The notes below the pieces were generated by a model. It made no database searches and was not told where the DNA came from. It saw only the letters and a program-made list of their open reading frames with translations. A DNA stretch of 64,000 bases from a virus, in IMG/VR virus record IMGVR_UViG_3300020167_000001, positions 1-64,000 of that record; one strand, written 5' to 3'. This document shows, one piece after another, positions 18,319 through 29,067 of the stretch. A program made the position numbers and the translations under genes. Position 1 is the first letter of the stretch, and each line of letters begins with the position of its first letter.

Positions 18319-19506
18319 ATGGACATAATGAATATTCAAGCTTTAATAGCTCAAGGTTTAATAACAGACGTAGCTTCTGTAGATCCTAACAAAGCTTACG
18401 TTGCAGTAGGAGTTTTTCAACCAGGTAACAGACCAGCCGGTTCTGCTAATGCAAACTCATATCCTTCATATGCAATGCCTATTTCAGAATTCTTAGCTGC
18501 CGGTGGTATATACACTGCTTCAAATGGTATTGCTTTAGTAGGAAATGACTTTCAGTTGGCTTCTCTAAATATCAGCCAGTTTACTAATGATTCAGCTTAT
18601 ATTACATCATCAGCTCTTACGGGATATGTACAAGGTACAGGAACTATTGGTTATGTACCAAGATGGAATCTTACAGATACATTAGGTAACAGTATCATTT
18701 TTGATGATGGTTTAGGTAATGTAGGTATTGGAATATCTTCTCCAACTTCAAAATTACACGTAAACGGAATTACAACAAGTACAGGAGCTTCGATTTTTAA
18801 GGTTTCATTTCCATTAGCAGATATATTCAATATTGATGATTCTTATAATGTAAATTTTGTTACCAATAATGGTGTAACTATTACGGGGAGTAACGGCTCT
18901 TTAAATTTAGTGTCAAACGGAGGAACTTCACCTTCAATTGGGTTTAAATTTAATAATGGCGTAAGTACATCAGGTATTATTTATGGAAATGGATTAAGTA
19001 TGGGGCTTCAAACTCCTTTATTTGCTTTAGGTAGTACGATTTTTACAAGTTCAGCAACTTTACACGTAAAAGGTGTAGATGCTACTTTAGCTAATTACGC
19101 TTTAAAAGTAGATAACTCAGCTTCAACTCCTTTATTATATGTTAGAAATGATGGGTTAGTATCTATTAATCAAACAACAATAGGTGCAGCGAGATTAGAA
19201 ATAACGGGAGGTGCTTATCAAGGTATTTATGCTCAAACAACAGCAAGTATATGTATTAATGCAAATGATACAAGTGGTATTGCAGTAAAAGGAGAGGCTA
19301 CAACGGGTGTAGGTTTACAAGGAAATATTGGTGGTGCAGTTGGTTCAGCATTAAAATTAGATGATAATGTCAATGGAGTACTTCTTATGAAAGTTGGCTC
19401 TAATGGTACAAAATCAATAGTTAATATAGTAAACATACCAACATCAGCAGCAGGATTAAGTGCTGGTGATTTATGGAATAATGCCGGAGTAATAAATATA
19501 GTATAA
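18319..19506 (+). CDS. tail fibre-like protein
   Basis: GNVGIGISSPTSKLHVNG fibre repeats; Gly/Ser/Thr-rich; C-terminal PTSAAGLSAGDLWN. Confidence 0.7.
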   Translation: MDIMNIQALIAQGLITDVASVDPNKAYVAVGVFQPGNRPAGSANANSYPSYAMPISEFLAAGGIYTASNGIALVGNDFQLASLNISQFTNDSAYITSSALTGYVQGTGTIGYVPRWNLTDTLGNSIIFDDGLGNVGIGISSPTSKLHVNGITTSTGASIFKVSFPLADIFNIDDSYNVNFVTNNGVTITGSNGSLNLVSNGGTSPSIGFKFNNGVSTSGIIYGNGLSMGLQTPLFALGSTIFTSSATLHVKGVDATLANYALKVDNSASTPLLYVRNDGLVSINQTTIGAARLEITGGAYQGIYAQTTASICINANDTSGIAVKGEATTGVGLQGNIGGAVGSALKLDDNVNGVLLMKVGSNGTKSIVNIVNIPTSAAGLSAGDLWNNAGVINIV

Positions 19507-19526
19507 ATAATTAAAAAACAAATAAC

Positions 19527-19760
19527 ATGAACTTTGAATTAAAAAAAGTAGTATCAGCAGGAGATGTACAATCAGTAGATGATGATAACTCTTTACAATG
19601 GGTAAACATTACAGCAGGTGTAGTTGGCTGTCCTTACAAAATGGAGATCACAACTACTGAAAAGTATGAATTTGCAAATACTTTATCTGTTCAGGAAGCC
19701 AAAGATGGTGTACAAACTTTTGCAGAAAATTGGGTAGCAACTAACTATCCTACAGTATAA
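19527..19760 (+). CDS. hypothetical protein (fibre-associated)
   Basis: 77-aa ORF after the fibre gene. Confidence 0.6.
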   Translation: MNFELKKVVSAGDVQSVDDDNSLQWVNITAGVVGCPYKMEITTTEKYEFANTLSVQEAKDGVQTFAENWVATNYPTV

Positions 19761-19796
19761 TCATTATATTTGTATAAATTTTAAAACCAACATAAC

Positions 19797-20063
19797 ATGC
19801 AAGTAGATTTAAACTTTGACCTAGTAGGTCTTGATGGAGCAAAAGTAGCAGTAGCCGGTGAGCTTATTGCTGGATTATTAATGAGTGAAGCTAAAGGTGA
19901 TGCTGTAAAATTTTATGACTGGGCCATGGCTTTTCATAAAAAAGAAGTAGTATCTATGGATGCTTCCGATATCAGTAAGTTAAAAACATTAGTTGAGACT
20001 TCTGAGAAAGTAACAATCCTAGTAAAAGCACCAGTTATTAAGTACTTAGATTCTGTAAAATAA
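19797..20063 (+). CDS. hypothetical protein (possible fibre chaperone)
   Basis: 88 aa; TATATTTG element and AAACCAAC leader upstream. Confidence 0.65.
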   Translation: MQVDLNFDLVGLDGAKVAVAGELIAGLLMSEAKGDAVKFYDWAMAFHKKEVVSMDASDISKLKTLVETSEKVTILVKAPVIKYLDSVK

Positions 20064-20081
20064 TAAGGCTTACAAAACAAA

Positions 20082-20113
20082 GATACCTCAGTAAATGCTG
20101 GGGTATTTTTTTT
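20082..20113 (+). terminator. intrinsic terminator
   Basis: GATACCTCAG-TAAATG-CTGGGGTATT followed by a T-run. Confidence 0.75.
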
Positions 20114-20179
20114 ATGTCACAAATATTTGTATTATTGTGACAGAATGAGTATATTAGTGTATAACTTAATTAACAAATC

Positions 20180-20863
20180 ATGAGTGTAGGTAATCTTAAA
20201 GATCAGGGTAATAAAGGTAATAACTTTCCATACCAGTTAAATACATTAAAGACATTAGGCTTAATTGCCAGGTCAACTGCAGCTGGAGCTACTGAAGCTA
20301 CATTGCTTCAAGTATTAGCTTCTATTCAAGCTGGACAAGAATATGAACAAAATCTTGTTACTGATTTAGGTGGTGTAGGATGTCCGGCTAATTGCCCTAC
20401 ATATTTACAGATCCGTATTTGGGATACTGTAAACCATGTCTTCCTACCGCCAGTGTATTATGATGCTGCAGGAGCTGTAGTAGTACCCGTTGGTCCTATT
20501 GCTTTGGTAAATCCTCAGTATGTTTTAGAAAACATATTAACTCAGGTTACTGCTATTAATGCTGATCTTGATGTAGCCTTATCAACTCGTGCTAGTGAAG
20601 CAACCTTATCTTCTTTAAATAATAAATTTACACCTGTTGTTAGAACTCCAGGAATGATAAGATCATCTGGTGTAGGGGCTGTAGCTGCTGGAACACGTTC
20701 TGTATCTGTATATAATGCAGGATTAATTGATGCTGCATGGTTAGGTGCTGCACTTAAACCAGGAGAACAATTATCTTTTGAGGCCGGAGCTCAAGGTGAT
20801 ACTTTAGGTGCTTTTGCATATGATGGTACAGGTACTGATTTATTAATCACAACAACTTTATAA
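20180..20863 (+). CDS. putative structural protein
   Basis: 227 aa, Ala/Gly/Val-rich; TTG-N20-TATATTAG promoter upstream. Confidence 0.65.
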   Translation: MSVGNLKDQGNKGNNFPYQLNTLKTLGLIARSTAAGATEATLLQVLASIQAGQEYEQNLVTDLGGVGCPANCPTYLQIRIWDTVNHVFLPPVYYDAAGAVVVPVGPIALVNPQYVLENILTQVTAINADLDVALSTRASEATLSSLNNKFTPVVRTPGMIRSSGVGAVAAGTRSVSVYNAGLIDAAWLGAALKPGEQLSFEAGAQGDTLGAFAYDGTGTDLLITTTL

Positions 20864-20865
20864 TT

Positions 20866-23800
20866 ATGGGAACCGATATAAAACAACTATTACCTAGTGA
20901 TATTTTTAGAGCATTGATGAATGCTAACTCACCTTCAGGTACAAATCCGTTTGTTACTACGAGTGATATCCTTAATATGTTTACAAACGTATTATATGTT
21001 GAGAAGGTTCCTATATTAGGCCAGTTTGCTACAGTTGAAGCTGCTTTAGCTTCTATTACAACTAACTCGTCACTAAATAGGTTTTTGATTAAAGTTGGTG
21101 TAGGAGATTTTCCGGAGAATCAGTTGAACATGAAGTCTTATGTTTCTGTTATAGGTTCTTCTATTCAAGAAACTATTATCAGACCCGCAGGTAATCATGA
21201 TTTATTCGTATTTACAGATGTATTTTCTGAATTATCTTTTATGTCTTTACAAGGAACTCCTTTAGGATTTTCCGCTGTATTTTGTAATGATTCTGGTGAT
21301 TATACTCAGTTACATAAAGTCAACTTTGTTGATAATGATACCAATGTAAAAGTAGTAGCATTGACACAAAACACAGTAATCTATATTGAGTATTGTGATG
21401 TAAATGGTGTAATGACTTATGGTACTTATCAAGATGGTTCAAGTGGATTTAGAGCTGTTGTGAATACTGAAAACTGGTATACTTTCCCAAGTACAACTGG
21501 ATTCACATCTTCTTTCTTAACTGGACCAGATGCTTTATTAACAATCAATGCTTCTGGAGTTTATGGATCTGTTATTATTGGAGACCCTCCTGTAGTAGGT
21601 AACTTTGGTATAGTATTTCAAGATGGTGCTCGCGTTGTTTTAAATGGTGTAGAAATAGGTTCCTTTGACACAGCTATACAAAATAATAATACAGGCGTTA
21701 GTTGTATTGTTCATGGCACTGGTATAAATTTAGATAATAATAATATTGATATAAACATACAACATCCTAATACATCAGGTGGTATGTTAGGTGCAGCCAC
21801 TTTAACTAAAGTATTTATTGATCCAATATCAACATTCACACCTTTATTTACTGAGCAATCAGTTACCGGTGGTTTAGTTGTAGTTGGTAATATTTATACG
21901 GGAGCTAAGTTGGCCGAAGTAGTAGAGATATCTACATTTATCGGATCTCAATCTGTAGGTCTTATCTATGGAGCAGATCTTACTGATGGAGGTGGTTTTC
22001 AAGTAGATGTATCAGCTGGTATAGGTTATATCAATGATGGTACTTTAAGACAATTAACTTGGAACAATACAAACATTACATTAGCTGCAGATCAAACAAA
22101 GTTTTTATACTTTGATAACTTAGGTGTATTATTAACAGCTAACTCTAAACCTGATACCATATTTAATCTTTACTTAGGTAAGATAAGAACAAATGCTACA
22201 GGTATTGAATTCATAAGTGAAACTCCTTTTAAAATACTATGGTCAGATAACAACTCAGAAGATTATCAAAGAAATATCTTTGGTGCTTTGTATCAATTTG
22301 GATCTATCGTATCCGAAAGTGCTACACCTTTTGAATTAGATGTACAACCTGGTTCATATTATTATGGTAATAATAAGTATACTCCTTCCGGTGGGACGGC
22401 TATAACCTTCAATAGATATTATCAAGATAGTGTATCTACGTATGCAATAGAGTATACACAAACACTTGTGCCTAATGCTCTTATAAATACAGGATTTGCT
22501 TTAGTTGCAATGACTGCTACTTTTTATGCTAAACATTTACTATTAATAGTAGGTGATGGTACAAATGAGAAGTACTTTTTAGTATATGCTCAATCAGAGT
22601 ATGCAACATTGTTAGCTGCTGAGACAGCTCCTTTACCAAGTATTCCTACTTATTTTGATGAAAATGTTACTACAATAGCTTCTATTATAGTACAACAAGG
22701 TGCAGCAAATATCATTCAAGTATTATCAGAAAGAAGATTACCTACAACCCAAACATCTGCTACAGCACCGGTTTCTAGTCACTTGGCATTAACAGATTTA
22801 ACTACTGGAAATGCAGGTCATACTCAATTCTTATTGTTAGATGGTTCTATATCTATGATTGGAAGTTTGGATATGGCAACAAATAATATTATAAACATAG
22901 GTACACTTAACGGGGTTACTATTGAAGCGCATGCTTCAAGACATTTACCTAATGGATTAGATCCTTTAACAACAGCGGCTCCTACTACAAATTTAGGAGG
23001 AGCTTCTACAAACGCAGTAGGTATTCAAAATTCATTTTCAAGAAGCGATCATAGTCATGCGATCGATGTATCAGGAATTGCTACAACAGGTTTGCTTACA
23101 TCTGCGGATTGGAACATATTTAATAATAAACAAAATACACTTGTGAGTGGTACAAATATTAAGACTCTTAATGGAGCTTCTTTACTTGGTGCCGGAAATA
23201 TTACTACAACACTTGCTCAAGTATTAGCAGTAGGTGCTTTAACAAATAGTGTTCCTATTACATCCAATAATGGTAAAGCTAGTTTAATAATAAACAATAC
23301 TCTTGCTACTTTACAATTTGTAAATGGTACGGATACATCATTCTTTACAACTGGTCCTACTTATTTAAACTTTGGGTTTGCTGCCGCAGTAAATTATCTG
23401 GATGTTTATCATGATAAAACTGGTAATAATACAAATATTCAAGGTAATGGTACTATACAGTTTAGTAATTTTACTGATTTCAGATTACCTGTAAGTGCTG
23501 GAATTGGTCCAAATAGTCTTATCTATGCAAATGGAACAAGCAGTATTAAAAACGTTACATTAAGTGGTGGATTAACATTAACTGCAGGAACTTTATCTTT
23601 AGGAGCAATAACCGGAGCAACAAGTTTTAATGGATTAGTTGTTACAGCTAATACAGGTGTTATTACAACAGGTACTTGGAATGCTGCAGTAATAGATGTA
23701 ACTTTTGGTGGAACAGGTACTACAACAGCATTTACTATAGGTAGTATTGTTTTTGCAGGAGCAAGTGGTGTATATACTCAAAATAATGCAAATTTCTTTT

Positions 23801-24261
23801 GGGATAATACTAATACACGATTAGGTATTAAAACAGCAGCACCAACAGCTTTTGTAGATATTGGTGCTTCAACTACTGCTGCAGCTGCATTAAGATTAAG
23901 ATCAGGTGTTGCTCCAACTACTCCTAATTTAGGAGATGTATGGTATGATGGTACAGATGTATTAGTAAGAACTGCTGCAAGAACTGATAAAGTAGCTAGA
24001 ACATTAACAGGTTCTGCAACTTTAGATTTTCCTAATACTGCTGCATTTAGTTTTTCTGATTTAACAATAACTGTTACAGGAGCTGCTGCTGGTGATGTTG
24101 CTGTCGTAGGTCCTGCTGCAGCCTCTATACCGAATAATACTTTGTATTTTGCTTGGGTTAGTGCTGCTAATACAGTATCAATAAGATTTATTAATAATAA
24201 TTTAATAGCTAGTAATCCTGCTTCTGGTACATTTAAAGTAATGGTATTTAAAAATATATAA
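20866..24261 (+). CDS. long tail fibre/spike protein
   Basis: 1131 aa; beta-helix-like N-terminal half, HASRH and RSDHSH His motifs, NFFWDNTNTRLGI fibre motif. Confidence 0.75.
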   Translation: MGTDIKQLLPSDIFRALMNANSPSGTNPFVTTSDILNMFTNVLYVEKVPILGQFATVEAALASITTNSSLNRFLIKVGVGDFPENQLNMKSYVSVIGSSIQETIIRPAGNHDLFVFTDVFSELSFMSLQGTPLGFSAVFCNDSGDYTQLHKVNFVDNDTNVKVVALTQNTVIYIEYCDVNGVMTYGTYQDGSSGFRAVVNTENWYTFPSTTGFTSSFLTGPDALLTINASGVYGSVIIGDPPVVGNFGIVFQDGARVVLNGVEIGSFDTAIQNNNTGVSCIVHGTGINLDNNNIDINIQHPNTSGGMLGAATLTKVFIDPISTFTPLFTEQSVTGGLVVVGNIYTGAKLAEVVEISTFIGSQSVGLIYGADLTDGGGFQVDVSAGIGYINDGTLRQLTWNNTNITLAADQTKFLYFDNLGVLLTANSKPDTIFNLYLGKIRTNATGIEFISETPFKILWSDNNSEDYQRNIFGALYQFGSIVSESATPFELDVQPGSYYYGNNKYTPSGGTAITFNRYYQDSVSTYAIEYTQTLVPNALINTGFALVAMTATFYAKHLLLIVGDGTNEKYFLVYAQSEYATLLAAETAPLPSIPTYFDENVTTIASIIVQQGAANIIQVLSERRLPTTQTSATAPVSSHLALTDLTTGNAGHTQFLLLDGSISMIGSLDMATNNIINIGTLNGVTIEAHASRHLPNGLDPLTTAAPTTNLGGASTNAVGIQNSFSRSDHSHAIDVSGIATTGLLTSADWNIFNNKQNTLVSGTNIKTLNGASLLGAGNITTTLAQVLAVGALTNSVPITSNNGKASLIINNTLATLQFVNGTDTSFFTTGPTYLNFGFAAAVNYLDVYHDKTGNNTNIQGNGTIQFSNFTDFRLPVSAGIGPNSLIYANGTSSIKNVTLSGGLTLTAGTLSLGAITGATSFNGLVVTANTGVITTGTWNAAVIDVTFGGTGTTTAFTIGSIVFAGASGVYTQNNANFFWDNTNTRLGIKTAAPTAFVDIGASTTAAAALRLRSGVAPTTPNLGDVWYDGTDVLVRTAARTDKVARTLTGSATLDFPNTAAFSFSDLTITVTGAAAGDVAVVGPAAASIPNNTLYFAWVSAANTVSIRFINNNLIASNPASGTFKVMVFKNI

Positions 24262-24263
24262 TC

Positions 24264-24806
24264 ATGGAAAAACCTAGGTTTAAAATAAACAACAGTTACA
24301 ACTCACCAGAGAATATTGACTTTACAATCTTTGGTTTTCATAAGGAACTTATTATAGCTTCTAGTGGATTCTTGACAGATATTAAGTATTGGAAAACTTA
24401 TGATGGTATAACTTATTCAGATCTTTATGTACATGAGAAAAGATCTTTTACAGTTGATAGTGTAACAGGACTTGCTATAACAAGAACCATGATTATTGAT
24501 TGGTATCTTACAGACGATACTGTAGGATATTCTCGTACATATCCTCTTAAATATTATGATCAATACCAATCTATAAAAGAAGGTATCACAAGAAGAAATA
24601 ATGTAATAGATAAAGCTAAAGTCTACTGTATTAATAATCTTGGTTTAAACTATTCATTTGATCTTCTTAATTCTCTTAAAGTATACATTGATCTTTTTTC
24701 AAATGGGTATACACAACCTTTAAGAGATGCTGTTCAAGCAAGTACTAAACCTTATTTAACAGCTCAAATGAAAACGGATATAGTTACAATCCTAACTTAC
24801 AACTAA
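24264..24806 (+). CDS. hypothetical protein (fibre-associated)
   Basis: 180-aa ORF immediately after the fibre gene. Confidence 0.65.
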   Translation: MEKPRFKINNSYNSPENIDFTIFGFHKELIIASSGFLTDIKYWKTYDGITYSDLYVHEKRSFTVDSVTGLAITRTMIIDWYLTDDTVGYSRTYPLKYYDQYQSIKEGITRRNNVIDKAKVYCINNLGLNYSFDLLNSLKVYIDLFSNGYTQPLRDAVQASTKPYLTAQMKTDIVTILTYN

Positions 24807-24807
24807 C

Positions 24808-25356
24808 ATGGAGGATATAAATCAGAAATATAGAAGATTGAGGTCTCTTATTAATGATGGAGATCTTATATTATTTCATGGAACAGGTATTGTTGCCAGA
24901 ACTATTCAGGCTGCGGATTCTTCCTACTACAACCACATAGGAGTAGTATTCAAGAAATGTGGAGCACTCTATATTGTTGATGCCAATGAAGACGGTGTAC
25001 AAGCCGACAGATTATCTAGAAGAATCCATAAGTACAGAAAAGGTGGAGACTTCACTATAGTAAAACCATTAAGAACTTCTCAAGAGATTGAGACAGCTTT
25101 GACCCGGTTACTTACGCGTAGTGATGAAAAGACCATAAAGTATGACTTTGCTAATGGTTTTAAGGAGCTTTTAAACAGAAGATTTGGTTGGAGCTTAGTA
25201 TTATCAGCTGATGATAACCGTGATATCTGCTCAGATTTTGTAAGTCAATACCAGATAGACCTTGATATCGTAGTAGAAGAATTCAAACACTTAAGAATAG
25301 CTTTTCCAGAAGACACAATCAGATATAAAAATGATTATGTGTTGGTGGTAAACTAG
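24808..25356 (+). CDS. permuted papain-like NlpC/P60 (YiiX/YebB-type) hydrolase
   Basis: GDLILF..NHIGV (His) precedes YD..ICSDFV (Cys), the permuted catalytic order. Confidence 0.75.
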   Translation: MEDINQKYRRLRSLINDGDLILFHGTGIVARTIQAADSSYYNHIGVVFKKCGALYIVDANEDGVQADRLSRRIHKYRKGGDFTIVKPLRTSQEIETALTRLLTRSDEKTIKYDFANGFKELLNRRFGWSLVLSADDNRDICSDFVSQYQIDLDIVVEEFKHLRIAFPEDTIRYKNDYVLVVN

Positions 25357-25384
25357 TAAATTATTATATTTGTAAAAACATACC

Positions 25385-25894
25385 ATGAAACATTTAAACC
25401 CTGCACTCGATACATTAGGCTTCAAGGATACTGCATCATTTGTAGAAAGTACATTTCACCCTAATAACATCAACTTCTCTCTCATTATGTCCTCTATCTT
25501 TGGTTGTATTGCTTATTTTATTGAAAGCTTTTTAGGCTTTGAATCCATGGTTGCTGTAGCAATCCTTATACTGTTTACCTTAGAAATAACAACAGGAATA
25601 AAAGCCTCGTTAAAAGAAGGTGAATGTTTTAGTAGTAAAAAACTCGGCAGAGGTTTTCTCAAAATGATGATTTATATGTCCATGATTGGAGCAGCAAACT
25701 TATTATCTCAGCACATTCATATTAAGCCTATTTTAGGTTGGACTTTTAATTATTATGAATGGATACATTATACATCTATGAACTTTGTAATACTACAATT
25801 ATTCATATCAAATATAGAAAACTTTAATAGACTAGGCTGGACAGAATTTGTACCAGTATTAAAAAAGCTGTCTAAATTTTTAAAACTTAAATAA
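25385..25894 (+). CDS. putative holin
   Basis: 3-4 TM helices, EITTGIKAS..FSSKKLGRG..SNIENF pattern, directly upstream of the endolysin. Confidence 0.7.
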   Translation: MKHLNPALDTLGFKDTASFVESTFHPNNINFSLIMSSIFGCIAYFIESFLGFESMVAVAILILFTLEITTGIKASLKEGECFSSKKLGRGFLKMMIYMSMIGAANLLSQHIHIKPILGWTFNYYEWIHYTSMNFVILQLFISNIENFNRLGWTEFVPVLKKLSKFLKLK

Positions 25895-25901
25895 ACCAAC
25901 A

Positions 25902-26591
25902 ATGATAGTAAAGAATTTTTTATTAGCATCTGATGAGTATTATAATGAAATCTTTGAAAAAGATACAATTTATATTCATCATACAGCAGGTTCTCATAGA
26001 CCTGATTATGTAGTTAATGGGTGGGAACATGATAAAACTAAAGCCGGCCTAACTTTAAAGGTGGCCACTTCCTACATCATCGGTGGAGTTTCTACAAGAG
26101 ATCTTACAGATGTTACTTGGGATGGTGTAATAGTTAAAACCTTTGATGACAAATATTGGGCTCATCACTTAGGTACAACTGGAGCTAATAATTCTATCTT
26201 AAATAAAAAATCAATTGCTATTGAAATATGCAATTATGGTCCATTAGTTCTTGGTAAAGATGGGCAGTATTACAATTATGTAAACAACCAGGTGCCAGCT
26301 AATATGGTTGTTAAATTAAACAAACCATTTAGAGGATACACTTATTACCATGCTTATACAGAAAAACAAATAGCTGCTCTTAAAGAGTTGCTTTTAGATA
26401 TCATCAAACGTCACCCTAAGATCGATCTTAAAAAAGGGCTTAGAGAAGACATCAGCAATCCAGATTGTCTGGAGTTAAATCAAGCTGCTTTAAAAGGTTA
26501 TCCAGGTGTGTGGTCTCATAGTAATGTGAGAAAGGATAAATTTGATGTGTACCCTCATCCTCAATTAATTGCTTTATTAAATTCATTATAG
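25902..26591 (+). CDS. N-acetylmuramoyl-L-alanine amidase (Amidase_2) endolysin
   Basis: IYIHHTAG, WAHHLG, SIAIEICNYG, SHSNVRKDKFDVYP zinc-amidase motifs. Confidence 0.85.
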   Translation: MIVKNFLLASDEYYNEIFEKDTIYIHHTAGSHRPDYVVNGWEHDKTKAGLTLKVATSYIIGGVSTRDLTDVTWDGVIVKTFDDKYWAHHLGTTGANNSILNKKSIAIEICNYGPLVLGKDGQYYNYVNNQVPANMVVKLNKPFRGYTYYHAYTEKQIAALKELLLDIIKRHPKIDLKKGLREDISNPDCLELNQAALKGYPGVWSHSNVRKDKFDVYPHPQLIALLNSL

Positions 26592-26593
26592 TT

Positions 26594-26896
26594 ATGAGAA
26601 ATATATTACTTAAATACTTCCCAGGCACTTTTAAATTTTTAGATAACTTCTTTGAAGCAATGTCTAATAATAAAGCTGGCCATAGTTTACGTAAATGGTT
26701 AGCTGTAGGTTTTTGGTGGATCATGTTTACATTAAGTGTAAAGTATACTACTAGTGAAAATTTAACACCTGTACTAACTATTCATGCCGGTATGATTACA
26801 GCTTTAGTTATTACCTATACTGCAGGTAACATCCAAGAAAAAAAACTTAATAATGTATCAAATAAACCAACCCAAGATGAAGATCCTAAAATTTAA
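26594..26896 (+). CDS. small membrane protein (holin/antiholin-like)
   Basis: two TM segments, within the lysis cassette. Confidence 0.55.
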   Translation: MRNILLKYFPGTFKFLDNFFEAMSNNKAGHSLRKWLAVGFWWIMFTLSVKYTTSENLTPVLTIHAGMITALVITYTAGNIQEKKLNNVSNKPTQDEDPKI

Positions 26897-27440
26897 TCTA
26901 GTACTAATCAGTACCGTACTGGTACTATTAAGTAGCTGTGTAGCAACTAAGAAACAAAAAGCCAATTTCCTTGCCAAATACTGTGAGAGAAAAGATAGCA
27001 TTAGTTATGTGGTTAAAGACTCTATTGTATACAAGGATACTACCATATTTCTACCTACAATTGTTAACACTCCTATATATCTAGAGAATCCTTGTAAATT
27101 GCTTTGTGACTCACTAGGAAATTTAAAACCCTTCAGCAAGACTTCCGGTAAAGGTTCAGGACTTATATCTCATGTGCACACTGTAGGAAATAGTATTGTT
27201 TTTGACTGCAGAACAGATTCTTTAAAGGCCCGTATCCAGTGGCTTGAAAAACATCAAACTGTTGAAACCTTTTCTCATACTGAAAACACTGTCCAAAAAC
27301 CTTGTGAACTAGACCATAGAACCAAGTTTGATGGATTTACCTGGTGGTGGTTCTGGATCACCGCAGGCTTGTTATGCTTATGGATTCTAATTAAAGTGGG
27401 TAAAACTTACTTAAAAGCATACCTCCCCTTCCTAAAATAA
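26877..27440 (+). CDS. lipoprotein, putative unimolecular spanin
   Basis: MKILK..VLLSS-C lipobox plus a C-terminal TM helix (WWWFWITAGLLCLWILI); start moved from 26853 to the MKILK Met. Confidence 0.6.
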   Translation: MKILKFNLVLISTVLVLLSSCVATKKQKANFLAKYCERKDSISYVVKDSIVYKDTTIFLPTIVNTPIYLENPCKLLCDSLGNLKPFSKTSGKGSGLISHVHTVGNSIVFDCRTDSLKARIQWLEKHQTVETFSHTENTVQKPCELDHRTKFDGFTWWWFWITAGLLCLWILIKVGKTYLKAYLPFLK

Positions 27441-27510
27441 TTTAAAGTAAACATTGTAAGTTTAAAAGTTTATATGTACATTTGCATATAAACTTTTTAA
27501 ATTTAAAACA

Positions 27511-27789
27511 ATGTCTACAGAAACAAACCAACCAGAACAAGAGCCACTTACCCCTGAGCAGATTGCAGAACGTAGGGCTCAACTTAAAGAATTTTATGAA
27601 AATCAAATGGAATTACTCAAACCTCAACTTGAGTATGAAACTGCTTTGGCCTCAATTGAAGAACAAAGATTTAAAAGAATGACCATGATTATTCGTCAAG
27701 CTGAAATGTCTATGGGTCCTAAAGAAGAGAAAGAAAAAATACAAGCTGAGGGTGGAGAAAAAAAAGAGAGAACTCTTAAGAAAGATTAA
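27511..27789 (+). CDS. hypothetical helical protein
   Basis: 92 aa; TTG-N20-TACATTTG promoter at 27454-27484. Confidence 0.7.
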   Translation: MSTETNQPEQEPLTPEQIAERRAQLKEFYENQMELLKPQLEYETALASIEEQRFKRMTMIIRQAEMSMGPKEEKEKIQAEGGEKKERTLKKD

Positions 27790-27809
27790 TAATTAGTCAA
27801 CAAACCAAC

Positions 27810-28223
27810 ATGGCTAGATTTAATAAAGTAGATAAAAAAGTCAAACTGACTTTGGAAGAAATAATTAAGTTTCAGATAATCACTCATTGTTATATAAATC
27901 ATATAACAATCAGTGATTCTGAGATTAATTGTTTGACCCTATTGGGTCTTAACGGTAAAGCAGAATTATCAGATTTTTGTAATGCATGCTGTGTACCCGA
28001 GAACAGGGACAAAGATTCTAAGCTGGCTATTACCAAAGTTATATTCAAGACCCCACAAACAGTTAGAAATTGTTTAGCTAAACTGGCTAATTACAATATC
28101 ATTAGTAAAGTTGGCTTAGGTCATAATAAAACTGTGGAGTTAAATCCGGATTTGATGATTCAGATTACAGGTAACATATTGTTGGACTATAAAATTTTTC
28201 ACATTGATACCCAAGAAAGCTAG
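27810..28223 (+). CDS. possible winged-helix DNA-binding protein
   Basis: IFKTPQTVRNCLAKLANYNIISK helix plus wing-like segment. Confidence 0.5.
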   Translation: MARFNKVDKKVKLTLEEIIKFQIITHCYINHITISDSEINCLTLLGLNGKAELSDFCNACCVPENRDKDSKLAITKVIFKTPQTVRNCLAKLANYNIISKVGLGHNKTVELNPDLMIQITGNILLDYKIFHIDTQES

Positions 28224-28590
28224 AGATTTTAAGAAAGCCACAGCTGAAGAGACTGGGTTTTCTGAAGAATTAACAAGTTCTTTGATTGATTTTTATTGGA
28301 CAACTATTAGAAAGGACCTTTCTGCTCTAGTGCACCCAAATATATCGATAGTAAACTTAGGTATATTCAAGATAAAACACTGGAAGCTTGATGAGACAAC
28401 AGCCCATTATGAAGAGATCATTGGTAAGATTGAAGGTAATTTTTATAAGCATGCCATGAGGATTGATATCAATGATAAACTTGATAAGATTCAAAGAATT
28501 AAAAAATTATTAAAAGAAGATGAAGAAAGATTAAACAAGAAAAAAGCATTAAGAGAAAATGAAAACATTGATAAAAATATGGAACAATAA
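28204..28590 (+). CDS. HU/IHF-like protein
   Basis: KATAEETGFSEELTSSLIDFYW..ISIVNLGIFKIK resembles the HU/IHF fold. Confidence 0.55.
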   Translation: MIPKKARDFKKATAEETGFSEELTSSLIDFYWTTIRKDLSALVHPNISIVNLGIFKIKHWKLDETTAHYEEIIGKIEGNFYKHAMRIDINDKLDKIQRIKKLLKEDEERLNKKKALRENENIDKNMEQ

Positions 28591-28837
28591 ACACTTGATT
28601 TGGCAAGGTGTTATAAACAAGTTATTTAAAAAAGACCCGATTGAGATTCTCTACAGAGACCGTAAAGCTATTTGTATGAAATGTGAATTAGTTGACAGGG
28701 TAGGTCACAGTTGTGTAATGCCAGGAACCCAACCTTGTTGTAGTGATTGTGGATGTAGTCTTGCTTTAAAATTAAGATCTCCAGATTCATCCTGCCCACA
28801 TCCTGATGGACCTAAATGGAAGGAGGCTCAAGTATGA
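28559..28837 (+). CDS. Cys-rich putative Zn-binding protein
   Basis: RKAICMKC..C..CCSDCGC..LKLR..SCP..KW. Confidence 0.65.
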   Translation: MKTLIKIWNNKHLIWQGVINKLFKKDPIEILYRDRKAICMKCELVDRVGHSCVMPGTQPCCSDCGCSLALKLRSPDSSCPHPDGPKWKEAQV

Positions 28838-29067
28838 GTGGATTAATGGAGCAATTAAAAGTAGAAAATAAAAGAGTTTTTGATACATCTAAACTTCAAG
28901 ATAATTATGAAGAATTTGGTATGCTGTCTTTATTAAACTATTATTGTTCAAATGGTACTATAGATTTATCCGAATATATTAGATTAAAGGAAATGACAGA
29001 ATCCCCAGATAAAGAAAACATAGAAGTAGTTAAACAAATTTTACAATTTAAATATAACTTATTATGA
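28834..29067 (+). CDS. MCP-fragment fusion protein B
   Basis: GLMEQLKVENKRVFDTS vs MCP GLWKQLDNSYKRVYNKS, plus the SPDxEN module; start placed at the ATGA overlap. Confidence 0.7.
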   Translation: MSGLMEQLKVENKRVFDTSKLQDNYEEFGMLSLLNYYCSNGTIDLSEYIRLKEMTESPDKENIEVVKQILQFKYNLL

